This document shows, one piece after another, positions 38,380 through 51,200 of a stretch of 64,000 bases of DNA. Positions within the stretch are counted from its first letter, which is position 1, and the number at the start of each line of letters is the position of its first letter. The translations under genes were made by a program, and so were the position numbers. The stretch spans positions 557,580-621,579 of the forward strand of contig WELB01000026.1 in NCBI GenBank assembly GCA_009602725.1. The letters run 5' to 3'. The notes beneath the pieces were generated by a model. That model was not told the origin of the DNA. It worked only from the letters and a program-made list of their open reading frames with translations, and did not search any database. The DNA is from Spirogloea muscicola. Its lineage: Eukaryota.

Positions 38380-40818
38380 ATGGCGCTGCCCCGCGCCGCC
38401 TGCCTCGCCGCCGTCAGCGTGGTCTTGCTGCTGCCAGCCACCTTCTGGCCCGTCGCCGCTGTCGTGAGGTCCGGGCGCACCGCCGTCCCAGCCGGCTGGG
38501 GCGACGCCTTCGGGAGCATCACCGGCCCGGCCTTCGTCGTCGCCGAGGACGGCAGTGGTGACTTCACGACCGTGCAGGCCGCCGTGGACGCGGTGCCCAA
38601 GAAGAACACCAAGCGGGTCGTCATCCTCATCAAGCCCGGCATGTACAGGTGCTAGCCTCCCCGCGAGCACGTCTACACACTAAGTCTTTCTGTGACGCGC
38701 TCTGAATGGGCTCCTGAGTGCCCGTTGCACTGAAGCTTGTGTGCCGCACGGCGCCCTTGGGAAGCTGCGTATACTCATCGACGCACCTTTCCACCAATAC
38801 CGTGTTGCAGGGAGAAGGTGACAATCGCCAAGGGCAAGTCGTTCATAACGCTGCAGGGCCTCGACGCGTTGACCACCAAGATTGTGTGGAACGACTGGGC
38901 TGGCCGCAAGGTCGACGGCGAGGAGCTCTCGACCATCGGCTCCTGCACGCTGTGCGTCAGCAGCTACAATCTGGTCGTCAACCATCTCACCATCGAGGTC
39001 CGGACCCCTTCCTCGTCACTCCTCTCTCACTTCTTGTGACCCCGTTTGCTTACTTCCATGACACATGCGTATTCTTACTCCTTCGAAGCTACTTCCTACC
39101 CTCCAGGCTTCACTGAGTAAAGGTCTGCTTATCATCAGCTCAAGCTGGACCTGCACTTGCCGCAAGGAATACTTATACTGCCTCTTCCTGCAGTCTCTTG
39201 ATGAAGCACCTACAACTGCCTCTGCTGTCTTGCCGGCTGGCCACAGAACGACCACCCCAAGCCGAGTGCAGGCAGCACCACAGACCAAGCGGTGGCCGTA
39301 AGGATCACTGGAGACATGGCTGCCTTCTACAACTCCCGCTTCATCGGGTGGCAGGACACACTGTATGACCACAAGGTGCACACCACGCCGTGCTCAGTAC
39401 TCGCTCATCCTCATCTTGTCTCATCGCCGCCCTTAGCATCCACTCATTCAACACTGAAGTACTGTTCAGTCTCTCTTTGTTACATGACTACATGCGAGGA
39501 GCAGCTAGCAGCAACCATGAACTAGCCTGCAGCTGCGTGCTGCCTGAAGTCTTTAGAACTGGAGAGTTAACAAGTTTCTGTTACGGTGAATTATACTGAA
39601 ACAGAATAGGCACTTCTTCAAGGCCTGTTATATTGAGGGGTCATGGGACTTCGTATTTGGATACGGCCAGAGCATCTATGAGGTGAGAAGCTCAGCTGCC
39701 TAGCAGCCCAGTGCCAGTGCTCATGCCAATAGGGAGGGTACAGCTTGGGAAGGCGAGTTGTTTGACAGTCACTGTCTATTGGGCTACCAGCAAGCCCGCC
39801 AAACATATGATTCAGAATCTAATCACCTGCAACATGTATCAGCAACAGTGATAAATTATGTCACCCTTGTCATGTGTGAAATTGTGCACGTTGCTCATGC
39901 AGGGCTGCACACTCTTCGCCAAAGACTGGGGCTCGTACACCGCCCAGAAGCGCATGTCGACCAGCGAGACGAGCGGATTCGTTTTCCTCCGCTCCAACAT
40001 CACAGGCTCTGGGAAGGTGACGACCTCGTCACCTGATACTGTGCAGTATCTTGATACACAGATTCAGGATCTGGAGCTTGCCCACAGCCTTAGTGCACTG
40101 CAGGTCCCATGCAGAACTTGTATGCGAATCTCTTCGGGGTGCTGCCTTCGTTGAAGCAATGGTCTGTAAAACAAACTTGATTCAAACCCCCAGAATAATT
40201 GTCCTTACTCGTGCTTCAGTGCAGTCAAAAGGTTCTGTATGCTCGCATGCAGGCTTTACTGGGCCGCGCATGGGGGCCGGCAGCTAGGACTGTATATGCC
40301 TTCTCCTTTCTGGATAAGGGCGTGGACCCGTCAGGCTGGGGCTCCGTCAAGGACTTCGACTCAGAAAAGTCAATCTTCTTCGCACTGGTGATTCGGCCTG
40401 AATGCACTGCCCGCCCAACCAGCCATGAGATGACATACATGATTTTAAGCTCGTTCATGCTGCCAGACACGCTTGTAGCAGTCTCATAAGATGCCGAACA
40501 TAGAAGCAAATCATCGTTCCTCTGGAAAAACAGCGAGCTAGGTGAAGATTTTATCAGTGCTGTTTCGATCCAGTCGTGATCAATTTCTGGTTGACATCAA
40601 TGCAGCACAAATGCTGGGGTCCTGGTTACAGCGCCGCAGCGCGCAGCAAGTACAGTCGCACCTTGAGCTCCAAGCAAGCGGCCCAGTTCACATACTACAG
40701 CTTCATTGGTGCATCCGACTGGCTTGGTCCAGATCCTGCAGGCCCTATGACGAGCTACTCGCTGCCCACCACGAACAGTTACAGACCCTCCAGGTTTAAT
40801 ATACCCGATGCGCCTTGA
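38380..40818 (+). CDS. PME: Pectin methylesterase (CE8), signal peptide, no PMEI pro-domain
   Basis: VVAEDGSGDFTTVQAAVDA..IKPGMYR/EKV, QAVAVRI, QDTLYD, IEGSWDFVFG, LGRAWG and a hydrophobic N-terminus. Confidence 0.95.
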
Positions 40819-41260
40819 CATTTGTGACAACCGATACTAGGCGTGCAGCACCGGCAGCCACGTCAAACAAGGCAACAACAGCATCCAGGGAGCTTACCGA
40901 TGTGAACCAGCTAGCTTACAACCCTCATTCATTGACTTAGTTTCAAGGTCTGTACTTTCATTTTTTCATTCATTTTGTCCTCGGGCTCCCTGCCATTCAC
41001 TAGAAGATGCAAGAGCACATGAGTGTGCATAGGCGCATTCCGGCAAGTTGCACAGCCTTGCAGTTGAAGTAGCTATACAAGCTCGCTGTGATGTACATAA
41101 CAATGAGACAAAAATTGTGCTTACAAAAAGATGGAAAGCACTTTAGGCAAGCCTTTCATATTTATACAGTCTGCAATGCTGACAATGTGTTTGTTCATTT
41201 CCTGCACAGACAGTCCTTTACCTGCATGCCAGACATAATAGATAAGTTACAAGCTTAAGT

Positions 41261-43025
41261 TCATTTCAGCTTGCTGCAGAAGTCCGGCAGGTCGACGACA
41301 TGAATTCTTGATATCTTGTTTGCCTCCTCTCTCTCTGAAGGCGTGTTGTAACCCCAAGTGCCTATGTGGAGATAAAGTTGGTGTCAGCCCAACAGAGTGT
41401 GATGACTTACCACAAGATCAAGCTCCTTACCTCTCATACTCCTCAACAGCTTATGCAGGACAGCAATGCAGAAGGTGAGAACTGGCACAACTCTAAGTCG
41501 ACCACGAAGTGCTTTACCCAAGTAGAGGTGCCACTTGTCGAGCTCCGGGCGCTTTATAACATTCTTCAGCGTCGCCAGCCGGTCCTCAACGAAGCTGGGA
41601 AGAAGGGGAGAACATGCGAGGCAACAAGGTCTGCAACTGCTGCAACAAAGCTTACGGCTTGTGTCTCTGAACCTGTGAGAGGCTCAGAGAGCTACATAAG
41701 GATAGCAGCTGCAGAAAAGTGGGGAGCTGAGTACAAATGCTCAGTTGGTTGGCTCACTGCAGACTGCAGTCAGGATGAGCCGCCTGCAGCTTCTGCAGGA
41801 CCTCCACCTTGGGCCTGCAGCGGATATGAAACCTCCGGCAGCTCTCACGGAGCGGCTAATGAGCATTATGCAACAGAGCGACGAGTACTAGCAGGTGCTC
41901 TGTGATTGGTCAGCAATGAGGTCCATTGCTCATTATGCCTGGAGCTTGCATGCTTCCTCTCACCCGGAGCCGAGGCCATATATGTTGTCCTCTGGGAACG
42001 TGACGCCCGCTAGCTCCTTAAGGAGGGCCTGGGTGAAACGCGCCTGCCCAAGCACAGGTCCGCCAAACATTGCTCTGGAGTTCTCATCGGCCACTCTTCT
42101 GATGGTGATCAAGGTAAGGTCTGAGACAAGTTGCAGCTACGTCTGCAGATGGAGCCGCAGACGCATCGATGACCAGGCACCGTTGCAGTGGCAGCATCGG
42201 CATGCCGCCAGGGAGACGACAGAGGCAGGGCTGCCAAGACATGGTACCTGCTTCGTAGTCACTATGTACAAGGCGGACGACGCAAAGCGCAGGGCATCGG
42301 CCGTGCCTGGGTAGAATCTGCGAGTGCGGTGTCAAGGGCGGGTCTAAACGGCGCCGGTCGGCGATGAGCCCACACGGCCCGACACAAATGCCGTCAACGT
42401 GCGATCAGGAGAAGGCAGCCGGCGAGGCTGCTGGCGCACCGGTTGGCGCCGATCCAGCCTTTGAGGTCGGTCTCCAGCCAGTGGTCCCGGTAGATCCCGA
42501 AGGCGTGGACAAGCGACTGTGTGTCGGTCTCACCCCACTCCTCCTGGACGCGCGGCTTGATCAGTGCCTCCCACTCCTTCAGGATGTCGTCCACCGACAG
42601 GCCCTCCGAGGCCTGTGCCGCCGCAGCAATGCTAGCTGCTGTGATGGTCGTCAAGTCATAACCTCAGGACAGGCTAAGGTTGAGGATCACATCGACTTAT
42701 GATCTGAGATTGTGAGGAAAGGGTCTTCAGACACTTGGTCACATTTGCAGTGGGGCTCCAAGGTGAGGCACACAAGGCGCGCACCTTGCAGCGGCGGGGC
42801 GTGGCGGGGACGCGCATCTCCAGCAGCAGGCGCACGAGGAGCAGGTTCTCGTACCCCGTCTCGACCACCGGCCGCACCGTGCGCATGGTGGCCAGGATCC
42901 AGTCCTCGTCGGCGGGCGTGGCGGCATCCCAGAGGTCCGGCCACCGCAGCTTGGCGGCCTGCCAAGGCCCGGATCGTCGTCTCAGCGCAAAACATGGGAC
43001 GGTAGGGACGGCAGCGGCGGGCGCT

Positions 43026-43056
<31 letters not shown>

Positions 43057-43144
43057 GAACCTTGAGGGCGGAGAGGGAGCTCTCGCCGGCGCTGTCGCAG
43101 AGGACGCCATCGAAGTCCAGCGCGTACAGAGCAAGCGCGGGCAT
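41261..43144 (-). CDS. HAD-superfamily hydrolase (conserved plant/cyanobacterial type)
   Basis: YALDFDGVLCDS (DxD motif I), RPVVETGYE, FYPG..YIVTTKQ, GPKVEVL, FVEDRLATL, WGYNT; TGA at 41261. Confidence 0.9.
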
Positions 43145-43284
43145 GGCCGCCGCGGCCGCGGCGGCGGCGGAGGCGGCGGCGGCGGCGGCGGCGGCGGCGG
43201 GACAGGAGGACGGGGAGTGCCAGACCAGCCGGGGGGCCTTGCGGAGGCGGACGAGCTGGGGTCCCGTTCACATGCGGCTTGTCA

Positions 43285-43678
43285 TTCCAACGAGTCACTT
43301 GCTGACCGGAGGTTGTTTATGCCCTTAGCCAACTCATCACCACGTTACCAGGACATCTGTAAGGCTAAAATAAGCCTCCCTTTCAACTCCATGCGCACCG
43401 CGCGCCTTCCTCTCCATTGAGCGCCCACTCGCTAGACTCAGGCTCAGGCTGCTGTCTGTCTGCCTCAAAAGTCTCGACGGAGCAACTTACACTTTCTGTT
43501 TAGCTGCCTGCGTTGCAATATCTGGCCCTTTTGGGCCATCCTATTGGCATTTTGGGCCACTCGAGTCGCTGTGCGCTATAGCACTTTTCTGGCCCCTTCG
43601 GACTATGTTACATACTTTTTCTGGGCTGGTCACTCATAGCCATCGCGCTCTTTGTCCGGCTGCTCTTACTGAGCAGCN
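43285..43678 (+). mobile_element. Retroelement 3'-end remnants between the divergent HAD and DUF948-like genes
   Basis: Type-A end (cccttagccaactc..tgtaaggcta..ccatgcgcaccgcgcgccttcc, 43322-43415) and type-B end (ggccccttcggact..ctgggctggtcactcatagccatcgc, 43590-43647). Confidence 0.75.
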
Positions 43679-45333
43679 GGCCCACGTGGCGGTCGCGCCG
43701 CCGCTGCCCTCCGGCGCCGCCCTCGGCCCCACCGCCGGCGGCGCGGCGCTCGCCGTCCTGGCCTTCGTTGCGTGCGCCGTGAGTACACCTGTGAGCTCGC
43801 ATTGGGCTTGCAGCGGCCAAGTGTACGCCCAGCAAGCCCATGTTGGGCTGCCGTGTTACCCCCAAGGCTTAAGGCCGCCGCCACCTCTCTGGGGAGCCGC
43901 TGCGCTCGCTTGCCGTGCACACCTGAGCCGTGAGCTGCGCTGCAGCGCAGGCCACCGGCGCGCTCTCGGCGCTGCTCCTCACGGCCATCCCCACCCTCCG
44001 GGTGAGCCCCCGACAGCCCCTTGTTGCCCAACTATCAGAGCTTGTGGTTGCTCCCAGCAAGGGGCCATTGGTCGCATCACTAGCAGATGTTGCTAAAGAG
44101 TGTGCAGTGTCCACGCTCGTTCTGAGAGCGCCAGGCGACGGATCGTGGAGAGAAAGTGGAGTATATCTTGCCAGATCATCAGATGCTTTATTGCATTCCG
44201 GAGTTTGATTCCTGGCGTGCTGACGCGGCCGCACTCTTGGCGCCCTGCAGGCGATTCGGCGAGCCGCGCAGTCTGTGGAGAAGCTGGCTGACACGGCGAG
44301 GGCGGAACTCCCTGGTACCATGGCGGCCGTGCGCCTCTCGGGCATGGAGATCAGCGACCTGACAATGGAGCTCAGCGACCTCAGGTGAGGGCTCCATGGG
44401 CACTCTTACGGTTCCCAGGCGCGTGCGTCATACAATGTTCATCTTCGCAGCACAACAGCGGCTCATGCGTCCCTTCTCGTTGGTTTCCGTAGAGGATCGT
44501 GAGCAGGGCTTGAGACGCTGTGCCCTGAGCTTAAAGACTAAACCAAACATTTACTCTTGAACTCAAACCTTCGCATCTTCGTCGCTTCCTCCTGCGATCT
44601 TGGCTGCCAATCAGAGGTTAGCTCATGCCATACCAGCAGAGAATTGGAAAAGAAAAGCTGGCTGTGCCCCACTTCCGACATCTAACATCAGCCGTGTATT
44701 GGGGGCCCGTGGCAGCCAGGACATTGCAGAGGGCGTGAAGGGCTCGGCCCGCGCAGTGCAGGCTGCAGAGGACGGTCTGCGGCGAATGGGCAACTTTGCC
44801 GCCTCTCAGACTGTCGGTGCGGCAGCTTTCCACAGTGCTCTCCTGCTAGCAGGGGCTCCTTGCAATGGCACTTCGTCTTTGGCACTTCAAGCTGCTCTGC
44901 TGCTTGTGCCAGGCTGCTCATGATCCCAGCTTAGGACTGAGGATGTGAATAGTCGATGGGGCCAGAGGTCACAAGTCAGCATCTGGAGCTTCTCTCTTAC
45001 TTCCGCATGACACGCTTGCTTCAACTCATGGTGGACATGGGGCTTTAGCTTCCGTCAGTGTTGTATCTGCTGGATGCTCCTGCTCAAGCTAGCACCTGAC
45101 TGGGACACAAGCGCCGCCGCTGATGGGCAGCCATGCTGCGGGAGCGGGCGAGCGCGCCGGCGGGTGCGGTGAAACCAGCGGTGGTGAGTGCCGCGGCTGG
45201 CACACGGCAGGTGGTGGCGGAGGCGCGCCGCGTGATGCACGATCTTGTGCAGGTGCAGCGCTTAACCAAGTGGCTCGGCAGGGTGCGGCGGCAGCCCCGC
45301 AAGGCCAAAGCCACAGAGTCTACTGGTGGCTAG
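43679..45333 (+). CDS. DUF948-like plastid/cyanobacterial membrane protein (5' end not visible)
   Basis: ALAVLAFVACA / ALSALLLTAIPTL / AIRRAAQSVEKLADTARAELPGTMAAVRLSGMEISDLTMELSDL / QDIAEGVKGSARAVQAAEDG / MLRERAS..KPAV. This pattern is recalled from a conserved plant/cyanobacterial family. Confidence 0.75.
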
Positions 45334-46319
45334 AGGGTGTGAAAGAGTGGCGGCATAGACTCTGGGCCGCCTGGTGGGTTCCAGGGTGTGAGGAGATTTT
45401 CTTGCTGGCTCTGCTATTGACAGGGCTTGTCATTACGCGACATTGTTCAACTCCTTCACATTTAGATGTATATCAATTTATGCAAAGTATGTATCCATTA
45501 AATTGACAAATGACGCGGCTTGGTCACAACGCCGCAGTAACTGCCATCTACGTAGCTCCAAGGCTAAGAGATGTATGTACAGTCTTTAACATGTAAAAGT
45601 ATGCAGTAGGACCACAGAGCACCCTAAGGATGACGGATTGTGAACTGACACCCCTTGTTAAGACGGAGCTTTCACTGCCAAAGGATACTTACAAGCACTA
45701 ATTCAGGAAGCATTTGGAGAAACGTGCATTTACTCGGCAGCGTGTGAGTGCCATCTCTTGGGCAGCAGACGCAAGGTTCGTTTTGTATCTGACTTAAGCA
45801 GATCCTGCTGTAGAGCTACATGAGGTATAAGGAAGGAGCATGCCCCTTGCTGTGCACCAGCACTGAAAGGCACGAATGCAAGTCACGGAGTTTGTCCCAG
45901 AGGTCGTTCAGCACCCGGAAGTCTGAGAGAGTGCCGTCAGCTTGAGAAATCTTCGTTACTCTTCGCGCTCGCAGTCTACCAGGTGGGCAATGCAGCCGGC
46001 AATGATGGATTGAGAGGTCTCCGGCTAGGGGGTTCAATGTTCTTTGACATCTCGCAGTGGATTTGCAAGCCCGGGCGGGGGCCCAGCTCAGAAGCACCAG
46101 CCTCCGGACGGTGCGTAAACCTTTAGGGATTGCCCATTTTGAATTCTACGAGGATCATGGCGGCGCTGCCTTCTCCAAACCAGCCACGCATGGCAAGTGA
46201 AAGCCCCTTATATGGGGCATTGTCGCATGAATTAAGGCCCGCTCCGCGACGTGCCGCACAATCAGTGCAACATTGATAAAGAGGGGGGGGTTTGCAAAGG
46301 AGGGGGGGTGGCGTCCGAG

Positions 46320-46560
46320 GACATGGCTCGCCCATAGAGAAAGAGGGGCTAGCAAAGCCAGCCCAGAAAAAACTTGACAACATCTACATACCACAAAGAC
46401 CACAAAATGGTGCCGGGAGAAAAAAGAAAGGTACACACCAGGACACGTAATGATGCAGATGGATGCTCAGTTTTCACGAGTGAGCAACAGCAAATCAGAA
46501 TAGCTCGAAGCAGGAAAAGTAGCACACCGCCGAGACCCTGAGGCAGCAGCCATAATGCGG
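46320..46560 (-). mobile_element. Degenerate retroelement 3' end (SDLLLLTREN* plus type-B end)
   Basis: ORF 46467..46688 ends SYSDLLLLTREN*; downstream is ctgggctggctttgctagcccctctttctctatgggcgagcc. Confidence 0.7.
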
Positions 46561-46611
46561 CCGGCGCGAGGGGGAAGCCATGCAGGGGAGAAGCCTTCTG
46601 CCCCCCGTCTA

Positions 46612-47280
46612 GGATCACCAACCGCCGGGGGGAAGAAACTTTCGTGTATTTGAAACAAACGAAGGCCATATGGCCAAGTACAAAGCACATCTGAAGACCT
46701 ACATAACCTTCAGCAGATTGACCCGCTCAATAACCACGGGTCAAAACATTAAGTTCGCTAATCGATGCCTGAATACTAGATGTCAGATACGGAGCCCTTC
46801 TGCCACCAACTAGAGCTCGCCCAGCTTTCTGGTGCAAAGCATTAGCCTGAGCACGCTGCAAACAGGCCGAAACTCGCAAGAACGACAGATATGCAGCTGG
46901 CGAGCCCATCTCAGCTGGAAACACATCTGCATGTCGTGTGTAGCCTACATTGGCCATATTCTGCAGGAGAGTGTGGAAGCGAGGACCCAGACAGCCAAAG
47001 ATGTCGACTGCCGCTGGCAGAAGCTGATCGCATTGGGGTCAATCGGAGTAGTGCTGCAGCTTTCTTTGTTCAGCACCGGCCACTGCGTGACCAGCAATGT
47101 GTGTCGATGCTGGATGCCGATGCTTATACGCCTCCGTAAGAACGACATCGACCAAGGCCCGTGGTCCTCCACCAGGTTGCACGCCCGCAATGTCAAGTGT
47201 GCGGCGACGATGAAGTCCCTGGGCGTCCGTGGTGATAGGCACGATGTCGCTGACTTCCACGACACGGCGACACGGCGGAA
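46612..47280 (-). mobile_element. 5'-truncated RLE-domain retroelement, type-C subfamily, with an in-frame stop
   Basis: GLHRRRTLDIAG..ALVDVVLTEAY..AVAGAEQRKLQHYSD*PQCDQLLPAAVDIFGCLG..CLQRAQANALH..SISELNVLTRGY*, aligning motif by motif with 2691..3235. Confidence 0.85.
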
Positions 47281-47585
47281 GGGCTTACCAGCTGCATATC
47301 TGTCGTTCTTGCGACGACTTTCGGCCTGTTTGCAGCTTGCTCAGGCTAATGCTTTGCACCAGAAAGCTGGGCGAGCTCTAGTTGGTGGCAGAAGGGCTCC
47401 GTATCTGACATCTAGTATTCAGGCAGCGATTAGCGACCTTCGTGTTCTGACCCGTGATTATTGAGCGGGTCAATCTGCCGTAGTTTATGTAGGTCTTTAG
47501 ATGTGCTTGCCTTTGTACTTGGCCATTTGGCCTTCGTTTGTTTCAAATACTCGAGATTTCCTTCCCCACGGCGGTTGGTGATCCC
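47281..47585 (+). mobile_element. Inverted shorter copy of the same type-C element, fused head-to-head
   Basis: Reverse complement of ~46612-46906 with scattered substitutions. A further terminal fragment, gtttgtttcaaatacacgaaatctc, lies at ~47646-47670. Confidence 0.92.
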
Positions 47586-48287
47586 GGCGGCCGACGGGTG
47601 GGTGTCGCTCTTTAGCTGAAACAAGCCGGTGCTTGCCGGGGAGCTGTTTGTTTCAAATACACGAAATCTCCTGTTGTCATTAACGCGACCGAATTTCGAG
47701 CCACCGAGCCCCCAAGGTCCCGTTCAAGAGCTGGCAACTCACGAAGCTGTGCTATCTCACCTTGCCCTGGTAGCTGCTGCTGGCGCCGCTTCTCGTCTTC
47801 CTCACTCCTGACATCTAGCTGGCCATTTATCCTTCTCCACAGGACCAGCAGACTGCCTCCGTCTTGACTGCTTTCTTCTGCCGGGCCACAGCGGAAAAAG
47901 TAGACTCGACTTGCAGCCTTGCTTGCAGCCGCCACCTTGGTCTCCTGCTTGTCCTGCTCCACTCCACTGTGAAGCATCATGGTGGCCAATGATTGAAACC
48001 CGGCAAGCTGCGACACTCGGTTAGTTGCTGTATATCGGTGTGCAAGTAACTTGCTTCAAGTACGAGTTAGAGTTATTGATATCTGCAATTGCACAAGTCG
48101 AAGGGAAACGTCGGCAGGCAGGTAAGTCAAAAATGACAAACATGAATGGAAGTCTTGCACCCTATGCAGATCTGAAAAGTGATGTTATGCCAACTTCTTG
48201 TTCTTCTGGCTGATTGTAATGACGGCAATCTGCACATGCCTCCAGGCGACTGTTATTTGCATAACACTCTGCTAGAGTATGGAGTTC

Positions 48288-51200
48288 CTAGCACCTTGTT
48301 TTGCTTAGACTCCTACCAACATTCTCTTGCAACTTCATGTAGGCGAGCGCGCTGAGAAGCAACAGATTCACCGGAGGGTACGAGTCCTTCGTGTGCTTGA
48401 AGGCAGTTCGCTTTTGCCAAATACGGCAAGCACGCTTTGTCCCCTTGTAGAACAAGTAGGCCGCAAGTATGGCCACCACGCCAGAGGAGAATATCAAAAA
48501 GTGGTATATCTCTTCGTCATGACTTCCTTCTTCTTGGCCACTCATAGCCAGATTGTCCCATGTGAGCAACCGCATCATCCAGCTGGGCTTTTGCAGGGTG
48601 GCACAATCTGCACCCTGGAAGAACTTATCGCAGATGTATTTATTGGTGAGCCCGTTACGGACTCCGTGGCCACTGCGCAGTCACAGCAGTAGGACACGGG
48701 CAGCCACTCTTAACGCTCTGCGCAGGCATGTGATCTCCGCGAGACGCACATGAAAGAAGCAGGGCTTGAAGCAAGCAACAATACAAACGACTCATTATAT
48801 CGCTTAAATGCAAGTGCTGGCAGCCAGCTTGAGTTGTAAGGAATGAACGTCGACCTGCAGCCATGGGGGCAGAGATAAGGTACAAGGAACAGCCTGCTCG
48901 TTGGAGGAGAGCTTGGACGAGTCTGCATAGCCACTATCCAAAACTGGCCGCCTGGGGCAAGGCCCATGACCTCTGGTTGGCCCTTGACAGATGCCTGGCA
49001 TGGTGGAAGCGAGAAATTGCCAACGGTGGTGGCTACTGCGTAGCTGTATGTGTATGTGCCTGCCTTGAGAAAGCCACTAGATACTCGAACTGTAGACATA
49101 GCCATCTGTAGCTCGCCATACCAAGGCATAGAAAGTCCCCTGCATAGGCTTGACGTACGGGCTTGAGCTTACTTATTGCATACCCGGCTAATCGGAGTGC
49201 TCAGAGGCTCGTGAATGTAGTTATCCATTAAATTGCTGTATGAACTGAAGACATCCATCTTGCATGCTGGAAAGGAAAATGCTCTACGAAATCTATTACG
49301 AGCGACTTCCACATCTGCTGCAGATTAAGTACGACCTGTGTGCACTTACGTAGCATAGGAGCCAGGAAGGTGGTCTTGTGCGTCAGAGGCACCATAATAG
49401 GAGAAAGGTTCACAACCTCCAGGCAGCTTGTCGACCAGCTGCAGACCTTCAATATCATCGAGGGTAGTCATTTGGAGAGTGACTTGTAGACCTGAGCCAA
49501 CCTCCACCTGCAGTCATGGACGACTCCGGTGGTCGATGCACTGCTATTAGGGCGGATACCCGAGGAGAAGCAGCACATCTTGGGTGTCTGACAAGTTGAG
49601 CACCTTAAGCATGACTAAAATGCTTCAACCAGGATGGAGTATTTTCAGAGCTGCTTGAGAATTGCTGCTACTTCACTCACCCAGGTAAGATCCTCCAAAA
49701 GGGTTTCACCTGTTGAGACATCTATCTTTTGAATTACCCGTCTTACATCCAGCCCACAGAAAAGAGGGAAGGTAATGGCGTTCAGCGGCACATAGCTGAC
49801 TGTGGTTGTGACAGAAACCTGCACTCACAGTAGGCATAAATAATGTTGAATCTGCAGGGGCTTACAAGGTGGTATGATGATGTCAGCTTGAACACTTCAT
49901 CAAATAAAGCGGCACAATGATATCATACCTCTCCCTTGCCATTGGCCTGATACTTTATGCTTGGCCTGGCTGAGCCAACCTCCTGAATGGAGAAAGATCT
50001 GTGTACCAGAGGTGAGCTCCCTCCAAGCCTGTAGGAGGCCGTCAATAACTTCTTCTTCTCGACAGCAGCCTCAAGCTGAAGATCGGTATTCACACTGCCC
50101 TTCCATCGGTCGTACTGTGCAAGTGCTATAATGGACAAGGCAGCCTCCCTAGGGCTGACGGAGTAGATTCCCAAGTTTTGGCCTCCCAAGGAGCTATATG
50201 CAGAGAGGAGATTCGCAATTTTCTCTTCTATGACTCCCGTGCCATTGAGCTGCAGCAAAAGAGTTTTATTCAGCTGGCTCTTACCTTGAGCGTTCATTCC
50301 AGCCAGGATCAAAGTCTTCCATAAGAATCATACTTAGATTGAATTTGAAATTAAGTGCACAGGACATCCTGAGTAAGCAATCACCGAATTGACAACATAC
50401 AGACGATGTTCAGAGACACTGATCAGAGAGAGCAGCACTAAGCAGCTACGCAAGGATGCTTCGAACTTGGTGGCTCCAGTGCATGACTTCAACCGAAGCA
50501 CAAATAATAGATTTGCCTTGGTGAAAAGTAGTAGCGCCATGGCGTTAGCAGATCTGGAAGCAGGCTGGTTGGACCCCTCGGTAATGTACGCAGTGCTGCC
50601 TTGGATTCTCACAGCAGCTCGCAATGATGTGATGATATTTGCAAGCTCTGAAGCCCAAAGTGATGAGTAGAAGTCGTCCAAGGACGCTGACAAAGTAAGA
50701 CCAAGTGCTGCTTTGTGAAAATTTGAGAGCTGGGACACATGCTGAAGAAGACGGCTCATGCCAAGATCTCTCCGGAGGCTTCTGTCTCTGCGCCTTCTGG
50801 ACACCCAGGATGTGCCAAGGGCGAGACGCGCCTCAGCTAGGCGCGGTATCCGCATGGTGCCTTGACCTTTGTGACAGGATTCCAACCTCTGGACGAGACC
50901 CTCGTGCCACGTCCGTTGCAGGTACTCATGAAGCGACGGGCTCAGCAAGGGGCAGTTCAGATGTTCCAACAGCCTCAGCAAGAAGAGAGCAACAGCTTGA
51001 AAGCCCACATCACAAGGACTGGAGCTCCAGCAGAGCGACCCTGGACAAAGGGAGCAATTTGCAGCACTTTAAGCAAGTAACATGCTTGCCAGAAAGGGTT
51101 GTGACCATTCCAGCCACGTTGCTGCAACTCTTGCATCGCAGGACGATACTCATCACGACCAAGTTCTGCTTGTACCAACAAGAAGGCTTGTAAGTACGTA

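Noticed and set aside
45850..46230. Possible Pol III ncRNA (e.g. telomerase RNA) or small gene on the minus strand, with a TATA at ~46210 and ccctaaa at ~46135
   Set aside because: No recognisable USE, no 1.5-repeat template and no snRNA/SRP/MRP motifs. The ATG frame stops after 11 codons.
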